From assembly GCF_020745735.1 (NCBI RefSeq), contig NC_083404.1, positions 59,085,731 through 59,149,730 on the forward strand: a stretch of 64,000 bases of DNA, written 5' to 3'. Position 1 is the first letter of the stretch. Each line of letters starts with the position of its first letter. A program made the translations under genes and the position numbers. The notes under the pieces are model-generated. The model saw only the letters and a list, made by a program, of their open reading frames with translations, did not search any database and was not told the origin of the DNA. Below are positions 36,700-49,049 of this stretch, piece after piece. Source of the DNA: Hemiscyllium ocellatum (lineage: Eukaryota).

Positions 36700-39330
36700 A
36701 TAGGCATACAGCACAGAAACAGTCCCTTGTCCATGCTGACCATTATCCCAAACTAAACTAGTCGCACTTGCTTGTGCTTGACCCATATTCCTCCAAACAC
36801 GACTTATTCATATTCATCTGAATGTCTTTTGAATGTTGTAAATATACTCTCATCAACCACTTCTCTGGAAGTTTAATCCACATACTAACTGCATTTTGTT
36901 TTTTTTAAAAATGCCTTCATGTCTTTTCAAAAAGTCTTTTCTAGTCTTAAAAATATTCTCTCTAGTCTTGATTTCCCTCCCTGAGGGAAAAAAAAACACC
37001 TGCCATTCACCTTATCTATGGCTCTCATGATTTTATAAACCTATATAAAGTCACCCCATCGCTTCCTATGGTTCAGTGAAAACTCTCCGTTCCCAGCAAC
37101 ATCCGGACAATTTTTTTCTGAACCCTCTCCAGCTTACTAATATCCTTCCGATTTAACAGGGCAATCAAAACTGGACACTACTCCAGAAGAGGCCTCTTCA
37201 AGGATTTGTACAATCTCAACATAATGTCCCAACTCCCATATTCAAAGATCTGAGCACTTGAGGAAAGCGTACTAAATGCCTTCTTAACTACCCTTATCTA
37301 TATGTCATGCAAACTTTAAATAATGTACCTGAACCCCTAGGTCTGTATATTCTACAATACCACCTAAGGCCCCAACTTTAACTGTATAAGTTTTACCTTA
37401 TTTGTTTACCAAAATGCAATACCTCACATTTATACATCAAACTCTATCTGCTGCTCTTCAGCCCATTGATCCAAATGATCAAGATTTCTTTGTAATCCGA
37501 GATAGCTACTTTACTGTCCACTTTACCACCACTCTTGGTATCATCTACAAACTTACTAACCATGCTTTCTATATTTGCCTGTAAATCATTTATGTTAATG
37601 ACAAACAAAAGTGGACCCAGCACTAATCCCTGTGGAACACTGCTGGTCGCAGGCCTCTAGTCTGTAAAACAACCCTCAACTGTCACACTCTGTCTCTTGC
37701 AATCAAGCCAATTTAGTATCCAATTGGCAAGCTCAGCCTATGTGATCTAACTTTACCAATTAGTCTACCATGCAGAATCTTGTCAAAGGCTTTATTAAAG
37801 TCCATGTAAACCACATCTATTGCTCTGCCCTCATCAGATTCCTAGAGATATGCAGCATGGAAACAGACCCATTGATCCAACTCGTCCATGCCAACCAGAT
37901 ATCCCAACCCAATCTAGTCCCACTTGCCAATACCTGGCCCATATCCCTCCAAACTCTTCCTGTTCATATTCCCATCCAAATGCCTTTTAAATGTTGCAAT
38001 CATACTAGCTTCCACCACTTCCTCTGGCAGCTCATTCCATACACATATCACCCTCTGCATGAAAAAATGCCCTATAGGTGTCTTTTATATGTTTCCCTTC
38101 TTACCCTAAACCTATACCCTCTACCTCTGGATTCTTCCACCCCAGGAAAGAGATTTTGTCTGTTTATCCTATCCATGCCCCTCATGATTTTATAAACCTC
38201 TATCAGGTCACTCCTCAACCTCTGACACTCCAGGGAAACAGCCACACTCTATTCAACCTGTCCGTATAGCTCAAATCCTCCAACCCTTGCAACATCCTTG
38301 TAAATCTTTTCTGAACTCTTTCAAGTTTCGCAACATCCTTCTGATAGGAAGGAGACCAGAATTCCATGAAATATTCCAAAAGTGGCCTAACCAATGTCCT
38401 GTACAATTGCAACATGACCTTCCAACTCCTGTACTCAATACTCTGACCAATAAAGAAAGCATACCAAACACCACTTTCACTATCCTATCTACCTGTGACT
38501 CCACTTTCGAGGAGCTATGAACCTGCACTCCAAGATCTTCGTTCAGCAACATTCCCTAGGATCTTACTATTAAGTGTATGAGTCCTGCTAAGATTTGCTT
38601 TCCCAAAGTGCATCACCCCTCATTTATCTAAATTAAGCTTCATCTGCCACTTCTCAGCCAGTTGGCCCATCTGATCAAGATCCTGTTGTAATCTGAGATA
38701 ACCTTCTTTGCTGTCCACTACACCTCCAATTTTGGTGTCATCTGCAAACTTATAACTACACCTCCTATGTTCATATCTAAATCATTTATATAAATGATGA
38801 AACATAGAGGACCCAGCACCGATTCTTGTGGCACTCTACTGGTTACAGGCCTCCAGTCTGAAAAACAGCCCTCCACAACCATCCTCTGTCTTCTACTTTC
38901 AAGCCAATTCTGTACCCAAATGTCAAGCTCTCCCTGGTTTCCATGAGATCTAACCTTGTTAACCAGTCTCCCATGGAGAAACTTGTCGAATGCCTTACTG
39001 AAATCCATACAGATCACGTCCACCACTCTGGCCTCCTCAATCCTCTTTGTTACTTCTTCAAAAAGCTCAATCAAGTTTGTGAGACATGTTTTCCCATGCA
39101 CAAAGCCATGTTGACTATCCCTAATCAGTCCTTGCCTTTCTAAATACGTGTACATCCTATCCGTCAGGATTCCCTTCAACACCTTGCCTACCACTGGCCT
39201 GTAGTTCCCTGGCTTGTCCTTACCACCTTTCTTAAAGAGTGGCACCACGTTAGCCAACCTCCAGTCTTCCGGCACCTTACCTGTGACTATCATGATACAA
39301 ATATCTCAGCAAGGGACTCAATAATCACTT
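36700..39330 (-). mobile_element. Two adjacent/nested CR1 copies (older ~36700-37835, younger ~37840-39330)
   Basis: ORF 38718-39293 is CR1 RT; two CR1 3' tails at ~36700 and ~37845. Confidence 0.85.
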
Positions 39331-39412
39331 CATCTTGGTTACTTTCTCAAAGTTTGTGAGATGGTAGTTAATCACAGCATTAGTTTCAAAATTTGGAACT
39401 GGAGTATGCCAT

Positions 39413-39445
39413 AAATCCAAATCCAAATCCAAATCCAAATCCAAA
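39413..39445. repeat. (AAATCC)5 microsatellite
   Basis: Directly visible. Confidence 0.9.
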
Positions 39446-40947
39446 GCCACAATGAGGAGTGTGGAATACATAGAAATTAATTATATATAGGTGTCCAATT
39501 TTCTTTTTTCTTTCACTTTTTTGTTTAGATAGGGAATTTCATTTTTGTAAATTAAGCACTTTTCTGTTCTCTCATTTTTTTTTTTGTAAATGAGTCAAAC
39601 GTTCCGGTGGAGTTGAGGAAAGGGGTGACCCGCTTAACTATTCTGCAATTAACTGAAAGAATGAGTGATTTGAACATGTTTTTGGACTCCAAGCTAGCCT
39701 ACAGATATGTGTCTTTGGCATTCCATTCATTCTTGTCCACATTTACATGATGCAAAAAGAGAATACTGTGGATGCCGGAAAACTGAAATAACAGGTCAAT
39801 GATCTGATGTGTCAAGTTTCTGTCCACACATGGTGCCTATTTCCAGCTTGCTTTCTTTCTTGCTTTGACATTTGCATCATGATATGTTTACATTTGAGCG
39901 AATCAGGTCCCATAAAATGTTCTCCACAGTTCCTTCCTTTAGTATTTGGTACTTCTATTATCTTGCCAGGTAATCCTGAACCTTAGAATCATAACTGTTA
40001 TGATGCAGATAGCACCCATTCGATCAATCGTGTTTCTACCAGGACATTGACCACTTTAATTTAGTGCCATTTTCTTGTGTTTACCTCATGCCCTTGTATG
40101 TTATTTCAATTTAAACTATCCAACCGATTCCCATTGATTGAACTTTCCCCACGCAAACCTCTAGGCAGTGCATTCCAGACCGTAACCATAGTATGTGAAA
40201 AAGATTTTTATTACATTTGCCAGGTTTGCAAGTTACATTTAATCTGTACCCTGTCAGTTTTGATCCTTTTTAATATGCAGAAAGTTTCTCCATATCAATG
40301 ATTATCAAAGTTATTGGATCTCATCTTAGTTGCCTTCTCTCTAAAGGAGAGCAGTTCCAGACTCTCTAATCTATTTCATAGCTGAGGTTTCTCATTCCTA
40401 GAACAATTCTCTAGTAAATCTCTTCTGCAGTCTCCAATGCATTCAAATCCTACTCCTGTCCCACCACTGTACAACAAGTGTCTGGTCCAAATTCAGCTTC
40501 AGCTCCTTGCTCTTGTACTTTATGCTCCCATTAATGAAGGTCAGGATACTGTATGCTTTGCACCTATACTACCACTTTCTCTGGTCAATGCACATCTACA
40601 TCCTAGTCCTCCTCCTCCTCAATCCTGTATGAAGTTTAATTCTTGAGTGAAAACATGCAAAATAATTGATAACATTCAATTTTTAAATCGCATTACTTAT
40701 TTTAGTTGCTGCAAATCATGCAGTCAGATATGAAGCAATAGTTGGGATCAAGCTTTAAGAAAAGTACAACCACCAAGTGCAAAATTTAAGATAACCATAT
40801 TGCCACGTGGCAAATTTTCTACATTTACTGAAGATGAATGCTGTTCCATTACATTTGCATGAAAATTCTGGATTTGTTCAAGATTTTAAAATGGCAAAAT
40901 GGAATTATTAATTGAATGTTTTAATAAAAGTCTGTTTTTTCTCATAG

Positions 40948-42450
40948 GACTGGATGTTGTGTTGTCCTTTGTGCTAAGATGTTGCGATTACTGAAGCATT
41001 CTTGTGATTTGGCAATTGGCTCTGAGCAACAAGTGACTCATACTGGAAGTTTTAAATCTGGGTGTCGATTGTTCGAACAGGACAGTAACTATGATGAAAT
41101 AGAAAGCACAACTCCCTCAGTTAATTACTCCAGTGGAACTGTAGAAGAGCTTGAATCACTTTTGGCCAACATGTCTCCTGTAGTGTGCAATGAAAATCGA
41201 TTGTCTGCTAGTAGGTCATCATCCTTTTCAGTTGAAAGAAAATGGTATGATCAGAAAAGAACTGATTTAACTTTACCAGCTCAGTTTGAAACCCCTAGGA
41301 GAACTTATAAAACAATTGCATTACGGCGGCGACTTCTTGAGTCGCACCTGTCCTCAAGTGGAAGCGTAGAATTATGTGGAACTCTTAGCCAATCGAATGA
41401 AGCCAGTGTGATGGAATTGTCTTGCACCAGAAAAGGTTATAAAGACTCTTTTTGTTCAGATAGTTCACTGGACTCACCTGAGGACTTTAACTCTCAAGCT
41501 TTGGCAACAAGCACTTTAAACAGCGTAGAAAGTGGCATTTCATGTAGAACTAAAAGATATTTATTTGCACAGCAGCGTACCTCTACAATAGATGACTTGC
41601 AGGATAAAAATGAGTTAGTACCTGCTGAATATATAACCCTTGAGCAATCCACTATAAGTAGTAAGCTTGATTTGAGCAGTTTCTCTTTCCCTGAAGACTA
41701 TGATGAATGCACTTCAACTGAGCCTTTCACATCACCATCAAACCATGGGCAATCTGAAATACATAAAGACAACCAGTTCCTTACTCCAGTGAACAGCTTT
41801 GTAATGAACCTCAGTATAAACTCAGCAGAGAGGGCATTGTCCAGAACTGCATCAGATGGCAAATTAAATATCTCAGCAACTGAGGACAGTGGCTACAATT
41901 CTATTGGCTTTGAAAAATCTGATTCCTTTTCAAACCATGAATGCTCCCTCCAAGAGTTGGTGCAAAACCAAAAAAGAACACCCAGGATGCTAGATTGCAA
42001 AAATTCCCAAAGAAGCTTCGAAAGAACCAAACGGTTATCCACTCTTCGTGAGCGAGGTTCCCAGTCAGAGGCAGATGATGAAGATAGAGCAGCTTTTCTA
42101 CTGAGATCGGACTGCAACTTAGAATCTTGCATTAAAGAAAATGAATCAGTGTTTGAGGAAGAAATTTGTGAGGAACCTCTAAAATTGAAGGATTTCTCTT
42201 GCACTCCTGCTTTAAAGTTAGTACAGGAAATGTGCATGAGAAAAAGAAAAAGACTTAGAGATGCCGCTGTGCATGATCCCCATCAGTCAGAGGAAAAGAC
42301 ATCGAGTGAATCTATGCCATCACTGTGTAGACTCATTGGCAGAAAAATGGGTTTGGATAAAGTGGATATCCTAAAAGAACTATTGAGCAGAAATCTGACC
42401 CATGTTCTTGCTACAATTTTGTACCACTTAACCATACATGATCTCGGCAG
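40948..42450 (+). CDS. FBXO43: FBXO43 (Emi2/XErp1) large coding exon; in-frame ATG at 40979
   Basis: Acceptor ctcatag|G; motifs LATSTL, QQRTSTIDD (CaMKII/Plk1 docking), DSGYNS degron, RLSTLRERGSQS (Rsk/PP2A region), start of F-box LIGRKMGLDKVDILKEL; donor AG|gtaaga. Confidence 0.95.
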
Positions 42451-43067
42451 GTAAGATGTATTCCATTCCAGAAAACCAGTTGGTGTCAGTTAGAACTGAA
42501 GAACATTTTTACACTTTAAAAGCCTTTTATTTACATTTGTACATTTCAGTTAAAAATTAACAATATGCAGTGTTCTCTAATTCTTTCACTATATATTTCT
42601 AACTGGTTATGCAACAGTCTTTTATATTATCCTCCAAAAAAATTATGAACGCTGATGTGTAGTAAACTTACTGTTGTATGACTTCTGCAAATTGTTGTAC
42701 TCTTGGAATAATAGGGATTCTTTTTGTGCCTCTTCTCAATAACTTCACCATCTATACTAGTAAGGTTAAAATTTTCTGTTTCATAGGCTGTAACTGCATT
42801 TTGATATTTTTGCTCTCTCATGCTCTCTCTCTCTCCCCGCTCCAAACAAATCATACTTCAACTTAATTTTCATTTGTTCATGGGATGTGAATGTCAGCAG
42901 AAAGCTTTATTGCTCTTGAGATGCTAAAATCTGGGCTGAAATTAACTAGACTGCCTATCTCCTATCTGAGAAGCACTGAATATTTGCTTTAAATGTCATT
43001 TGCCCATACTGTGTTTTGCTTGACACCATTTTGTTTTGCAAATGAAATGCTTGTATATTCATGCCAG

Positions 43068-43170
43068 AATAAGAATGGTGAGCAAAATCTGGAAGAAAAT
43101 TGTCAAGCAAGATCAGACATCATATCTTAGAGGGAAGGACTATTTGGACGAAATTCGAATTCAAAGAATG
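43068..43170 (+). CDS. FBXO43: FBXO43 coding exon (103 nt; end of F-box, IRMVSKIWKKIVKQD...)
   Basis: gccag|A ... ATG|gtatgt; phases match neighbouring exons. Confidence 0.92.
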
Positions 43171-44264
43171 GTATGTGCAGTTTTTGGTCCCTGGCCATTT
43201 TTTTTATAAAGTTAATCTCTAGGGAAAAGATTTTGTTTATGCACCACTGTACTAACAGGTACATCTACATGTTGTAAATGTGGCCTTCAAATTTTTCATT
43301 TCAATCAAGGATCCATGTTTTAGTAAATTTTATGAATTTGCCTTAAAAGCATTGAGTTTTACAATAATTGTGAAGCTCTTCAGTTTTGCTTCCAGTCTTG
43401 TATTCCAACTCTCCAAGTTATTAAGGCACCAGGAAGTACAATTAACTTGCAAAGCAAACCTTCAGAAAAAATATCAGACTGCTATAGAAATAAGAATGCT
43501 TTCTATGGAAAAAAAAATTTTAAAAATGCTACATCTGGTTAATATTGTTGTATGGATGAGAGTTGGAATACAAGACTGGAAGCAAAACTGAAGGCAACAT
43601 AGTAAAGAAACATGAATAGGGAAGGTTCTGAAGGATGTGGGTCAAAAGCAGGCAAATGGGACTAGTTCAGTTTGGGAAACCCATTCGGCATGAATGAGTT
43701 GCACCAAAAGAGCTATACAACATAGAAACAGACTCTGGACTCTATGATGAGCATTAGCTGGACAAACACACACACTGAAGTTTTAAGAAAAGCCAACACA
43801 AGAACATTTGTAAATGATCACCAAGAGAAAAACTAAACATTTCGTAGTGACTAGTAAAATTTGAAGGGGTAGAACAAGAGACACAAAGGAAGTAATACAC
43901 TAATAGTTTAAGCAGAACAGGTATAAGATTTAAGATTAAAACCCAAGATGTTGTTTTCAAGGATGGTAATAGTTGGAGAATCATATTGTGAAACCAGACA
44001 CCTGAAGCAATTAGGGCAGAATAATAAATCTACAAAATAGCCACCCTGGACATGCAACCTAAAATTGGAAAATAATAAAAGAAAATTAATCTTAGATTAT
44101 AATTCAGCAATTTGAGTATCCCCACCAGAGAATTCTGCAGACAACTCAGAATTTTACCTGGACTTTTACTCTCGTCTAACATGTCCATGCTATTGCAGAA
44201 AAAATATGATTAGAGATAGTCGGACAGCCATGCATTTGTGCAACAGCCTGTGACAAAGTGCTTA

Positions 44265-46170
44265 GGGTCATACAGATGTACAGCTCGGAAACAGACTTTT
44301 CCATCCAACTTTTTCGTGCCGACCAGATATCCTAAATTAATCTAGTTCCATTTGCGAGCATTTGACCCATATCCCTCTGAACTCTCCTTATTTCATTTTT
44401 CAAGACTTCTCCTTTTCCAGCCATTCCTTTTACCTGCAAATATCCATCCCCAATCAACTTTTTAAAGTTCTTGCCTAATACTGTCAAAATTGGCCTTCCT
44501 CCAATTTTAAAGCTTAATCTTTTAGATCCAGTCTATCCTTTTCCATTGCTACTTTAAAACAAATGGAATTATGGTCGCTGGCCCCGAAATGCTCTCCCAC
44601 TGACACCTCAGTTACTTGCACTGCCTTATTTCCCAAGAATAGGTCAAGCTTTGCACCTTCTCTAGTAGATACATCCACATACTGAATCAGAAAATTCTCT
44701 TGTATGCATTTGAATTCCTCTCATCCATGTGCTTAGCACTACGGTAGTCCCAGTTTATGTTCGGAAAGTTAAAATCCCCTACCATAACCATACTTCATTC
44801 CTGCAGATAACTGACGTCTCCTTACAAATGTATTTCTCAATTTTCTGTTGACTATTGTGGGGTCTGTTGTACAATCTCAATAAGGTGATCATTCCTTTCT
44901 TATTTTTCAGTTCCATCCAAATAACTTCCTTGGACATAGGGAGGCTATTCCTGGGACTATGTACAGCCGTAATGTTATCCCTAATCAAAAGTCCCACTCG
45001 TGCTCCTCTCTTGCTCCCCACTTCTATCCTTCCTATAGCAACTATACCCTGGGACATTAAGCTGCTAGTTCTGTCCATCCATGGGCCATGTCTCTGTAAT
45101 TGCAATGCTATCCCAATCCCAAGTTCCCAACCATGTTCTGAGTTCACCTGCCTTGCCTATTCAGCCTCTCGCATTGTAATAAATGTAGTTTGATTTATCA
45201 ATCCGACCTCCATTCTCTGCTTTGTTTCTGCCTGTCCTGACTGATGCAGTTGGGTAGAGCAGCAAGTCAAACAGTCTCCAACTGATCTCTTTCCTCATTA
45301 TCTCTTCGGGTTCTCCGCTCAAATCAAATAGTTTCAATCCTCTCAAGCAGATTTAGCAAATATTCCTGCCTGTTTATTAATGCTCTTCTAATTCCGGTGC
45401 AATCTGTCCTCCTTATGCAAAAATGTGAATCATTCTGCCCTGCACCAGCTCCTTAGCCACACAGTTATCTGCTGTATCCTCCAATCCTACCCTCACTTGC
45501 TTGTGGCACTGGGAATAATCCAGATATTCTTGCCCTTGAGAACCTCCTTTTTAAATTCTGCCAAACTTCCTAAATTCTCTTCTCAGAACCTCATCTTTTT
45601 CTCTTCCTGTGTTGTTAGTGCCAACATGTACAATGACCTCCTGCTGGTCCCTCTCCTGTTTGAGAATATTCTGTACCTTCTCCGAGACATTCTTGATCCT
45701 GGCAGCAGGGAGGCAATACACCATCTTGATGTCTCCCTGTCAGCCGTGCCTCTAACTAAAGACTCCCCATTACAATCGATCATTTGAAATCTGATGTATC
45801 GTCGTTATATAGGAGCTGGTCTTAGTACCAGAAACCAGGTTATCTGTGTGACATTCCCCTAAGAGTCCATCACCCCCTACGTTTTCCAAAACAGCATACT
45901 TGTTTGAGATTGGGATAGCCACAGCAGACTGCTGTATGAGCTGCCTACCTCTCCTGAAGGTGACCCATCTACCTGACTATAACTTCAGATGATCTTTCTT
46001 TTTGCTACTGCCATTCATCTCACCCCCTAGCTCCTGTAAATTTCTCATTACCTCGAACTGTTGCTCCAAGTGATCCAATAGGATTCGCAATCAAATATGC
46101 TTCCTGCAGACATAATCATTAGTAACATGGAAATGCTCCATAATCTCCTCTATCTAACAGGAAGAGAACT
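44265..46170 (-). mobile_element. Degenerate CR1 (3' tail, APE endonuclease region, ORF1 esterase)
   Basis: ORFs 44779-45147 and 45583-45783; HVGTN-like esterase block near 45620. Confidence 0.72.
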
Positions 46171-47145
46171 GGACAACATTATGGAAGACAAATGACCAGT
46201 AACATTTGCACTACAGGTGATGGCACTCTCCATTAAGGGACAATCCAACTACTGCCCACCAACATTCAATAGTGTTACTGTCATTAAATACCTCACTACT
46301 AAGATTCTGGGGGTTACCATTGACCAGAAGCTCAACTAACTTAACTCATAAACACAGCAGGCAAGCAGGAGGCTGGAAAAACACAGAAGCCAGGCAGCTT
46401 CAGGAGGTGGAAAGTCGATGTTTTGGGTATAACCCTTCAGGATTCCTGAAGAAGGATTATACTTGACACACTGATTTCACCACTTACGATACTGCCTGGT
46501 TAGCTGTGTTCCTCCGGCCTCTGCTTGTCTATTTTGGATTCCAGCATCTGCAGTTTTTTTTTGTCATCGACACAGCAGCTACAAGAGCAGGTCAGAGACT
46601 AGGAGTATTGAGGAGAGTAACTCGCTTCCTGACTCTCCTAAAGCCTGTACACCATTTTAAAGGCACAAGTCAGGGTTGTCATCGAATACTCTCCACTTGC
46701 CTGGACATGTGTAGCTTCAAAACATTCGAGAAACTTGACACCGTCCAAGACAAAGCTGCCTACATGATTGGCACCACATCCACACCCACTGATGGTTAGT
46801 AGCAGCATTGTGTACTAACTACAAGATTCACTGCAGCAATTCACCAAAGATCCTTAGCACCTTCCAAAATCACTACCACTTCCATCTAGAAGGAAACGGG
46901 CAGCAGATGCTTGCATGTTCCTCTCCAAGCCACTCACCATTCTGACTTGGAAATATATCACTGCTCCTTCACTGTTGCTGGGTCAAAATCCTGGAATTTC
47001 CTCACGAAGGGCTTTGGTCAACCTACAGCACATGGACTGCAACAGTTCAAGAAGGCAGCTCACCACCATCTTCTCTAGAGAAGCTAGGGATAGACAATAA
47101 AATGCTGGCCAGCCAATAACACCCATGTCCCACGAATGAATAAAA
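46170..47145 (+). mobile_element. L2/CR1-group LINE 3' end, interrupted by a fold-back element at ~46355-46560
   Basis: Decayed ORF2 C-terminus (ORF 46506-46799) and tail AATAAAATGCTGGCCAGCCAATAACACCC, similar to copies at ~20240-20540 and ~9700-9830. Confidence 0.6.
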
Positions 47146-48098
47146 AAGTCACATTTCCTGTTTAGCTTCATATCATCTGTAAATTTGGAAATATTACATT
47201 TGGTATCCATGTCCAAAGTCATTGCATATTATGAACAGCTGGGGCCCAATTTCTGATCCTTACAGACCCCACTAGTTACATTTCCTCAATGTGAGGATGA
47301 CCCATTTACCCGTTTTCTGTCTTAGAAGAGGTTGAGAAGAAGTAGTGGAATTTTACTGGGATGGTATCATATTCTGAGATAGCTTTAGTTATTTGGGGAA
47401 GCTTGGGTTGCAACCCTTGGAGTCTGGAAGAATGAGGAGATTTAATGGGCATTAACAGTAAGGTTTTTGATAGAGTATGTAAGGAGAAACTTTGTTTCCA
47501 GTGGCAACTCTAACCAGAGAACCATCATGAGAAGATTGGCTAAAGAGCAAAGGACATTGTGCGGTATGTTTACAGTGAGTTTTTTGGCTCTGGACTGTGT
47601 TGCCTGAAAGGAACTCAAAGAAATTAAATAACATAAGAGTGAATAAGTAATTGGAAGGGGATGTAAAAATTAAAATTGTATGGGAAATAGCAAAGGAGTT
47701 GGATTAATTGGATATCTGTACCAGACAGCTGGAATAAACACATGAACAGATAACCTATGCAATATCATTCTACAATGTTTGTGAATGTCAGCTGAATGTT
47801 TGTTTCTTTTAGAAAGATTAGATCAGTCCCAGTTGACAAAGTACAATGTAAAACTGACTTAATTGGGATCAGGGTTTTTTTTTTGCAAGAGTTGTGGTTT
47901 GACTTTTTCCACTCTTGCAATTCCAGCTGTCCAATTATTCAACAGATCCTGGTGAAATTTTATATGGAAGTGCAAATTACACCAAATCTAGAAATGTCCT
48001 GAAGGGTTTCATTTAACAATAAGGAACTTGCATGATTTGAGAGAGCCATTTTATCACCAACAAGTTGGGATACAAATCTGAATGCCTTTGTTCAACAG

Positions 48099-48284
48099 CA
48101 TAGTGTTCCTCAGGCTGCAGATGCTGAAACCAGATGTAATCTTCCATGTCGTTCTGCTTTGAGATCTGTTCAGGCCCAAGCAAAAACTGCCTTTACTCCA
48201 ACTCTGTCCTCTCGTCAAGAAATCACCCCTGGTGGATGCAGCATTGTTTCAAAGTCAACAAGCAAACATGAGGAGTTTTTAAAG
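48099..48284 (+). CDS. FBXO43: FBXO43 coding exon (186 nt; D-box RSALRSVQ, Cdk TP sites)
   Basis: caacag|CAT ... AAG|gttagt; HSVPQAADAETRCNLPCRSALRSVQAQAKTAFTPTLSSRQEITPGG...KHEEFLK. Confidence 0.93.
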
Positions 48285-48536
48285 GTTAGTTGAAATAAAT
48301 ATCTTGGTACCTTCTGTAAGTTATCAATCTCCAGACAAGATTGTAAAAATTCAGTTTTCAAGCAAGTAGAATTGTAATATCATGTGTATTGGTACTGTCA
48401 GCTGCACACTCTCAGCATTGGTAGGGCAGTTGCTTTGAAGCACCTATAATTAGGAATCATAAGATGGAAAATAAATCCAAACATTTGCTGGTGATGCAAG
48501 TTTTTATTTCCAGTAAGGTGCTGATCTCTTTGCAGG

Positions 48537-48602
48537 AGAAAGTGAGGGCTGCAGATGCTGGAGATCAGAGCTGAAAATGTGTTGCTGGAAAAGCGCAGCA
48601 GT
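48537..48602 (-). mobile_element. Very short 5'-truncated copy of the fold-back/hammerhead element family
   Basis: 12-bp TSD TCTCTTTGCAGG at 48525-48536 and 48603-48614; same 3' end as the 18785 and 23602 copies. Confidence 0.8.
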
Positions 48603-49049
48603 TCTCTTTGCAGGTCTATTATATAAATTGCAATATATTTTTTCTTTCAAAAGAATTTTTTGAGAATTTTAATTTTTTTGGAATCCATTCTTGATATTTG
48701 GCATTTCTTTCAATTTGCAGTTACAAACCCATGAATTCAGAGTAGACGTAGGACATTTGGTCCTTTGCCTTCTCTGTCAATCAGTAAGATCAAGGATGGT
48801 TCTTTTGTGCTTCAAACTCTACATTCTCATCTACCTTCAATTTCCTTTGTCTATAAGGAATCTAAGGTTATCCATCTAATTCCATCTTTTAAAAAAAAAT
48901 GCAGATCCCACCTGCATTGCCTTCTGAGGCTTTGTTCCAAAGTGTCTCAACTGAGAAATAAAGAAATCTCATCTACCTTAAAACAGTGACTCCTAATTAT
49001 AAAACAGTGCCCTCTAATTCTGGTCTCAGCTACAAAAGTAAGCATCTTT

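Noticed and set aside
41893-42237. 114-aa antisense ORF
   Set aside because: Shadow of the FBXO43 exon
40979-42454. FBXO5 (Emi1) instead of FBXO43, or a single-exon 491-aa gene
   Set aside because: Emi2-specific CaMKII and Rsk motifs, length and POLR2K/RGS22 neighbours indicate FBXO43; the ORF stop lies in the intron after the donor at 42451
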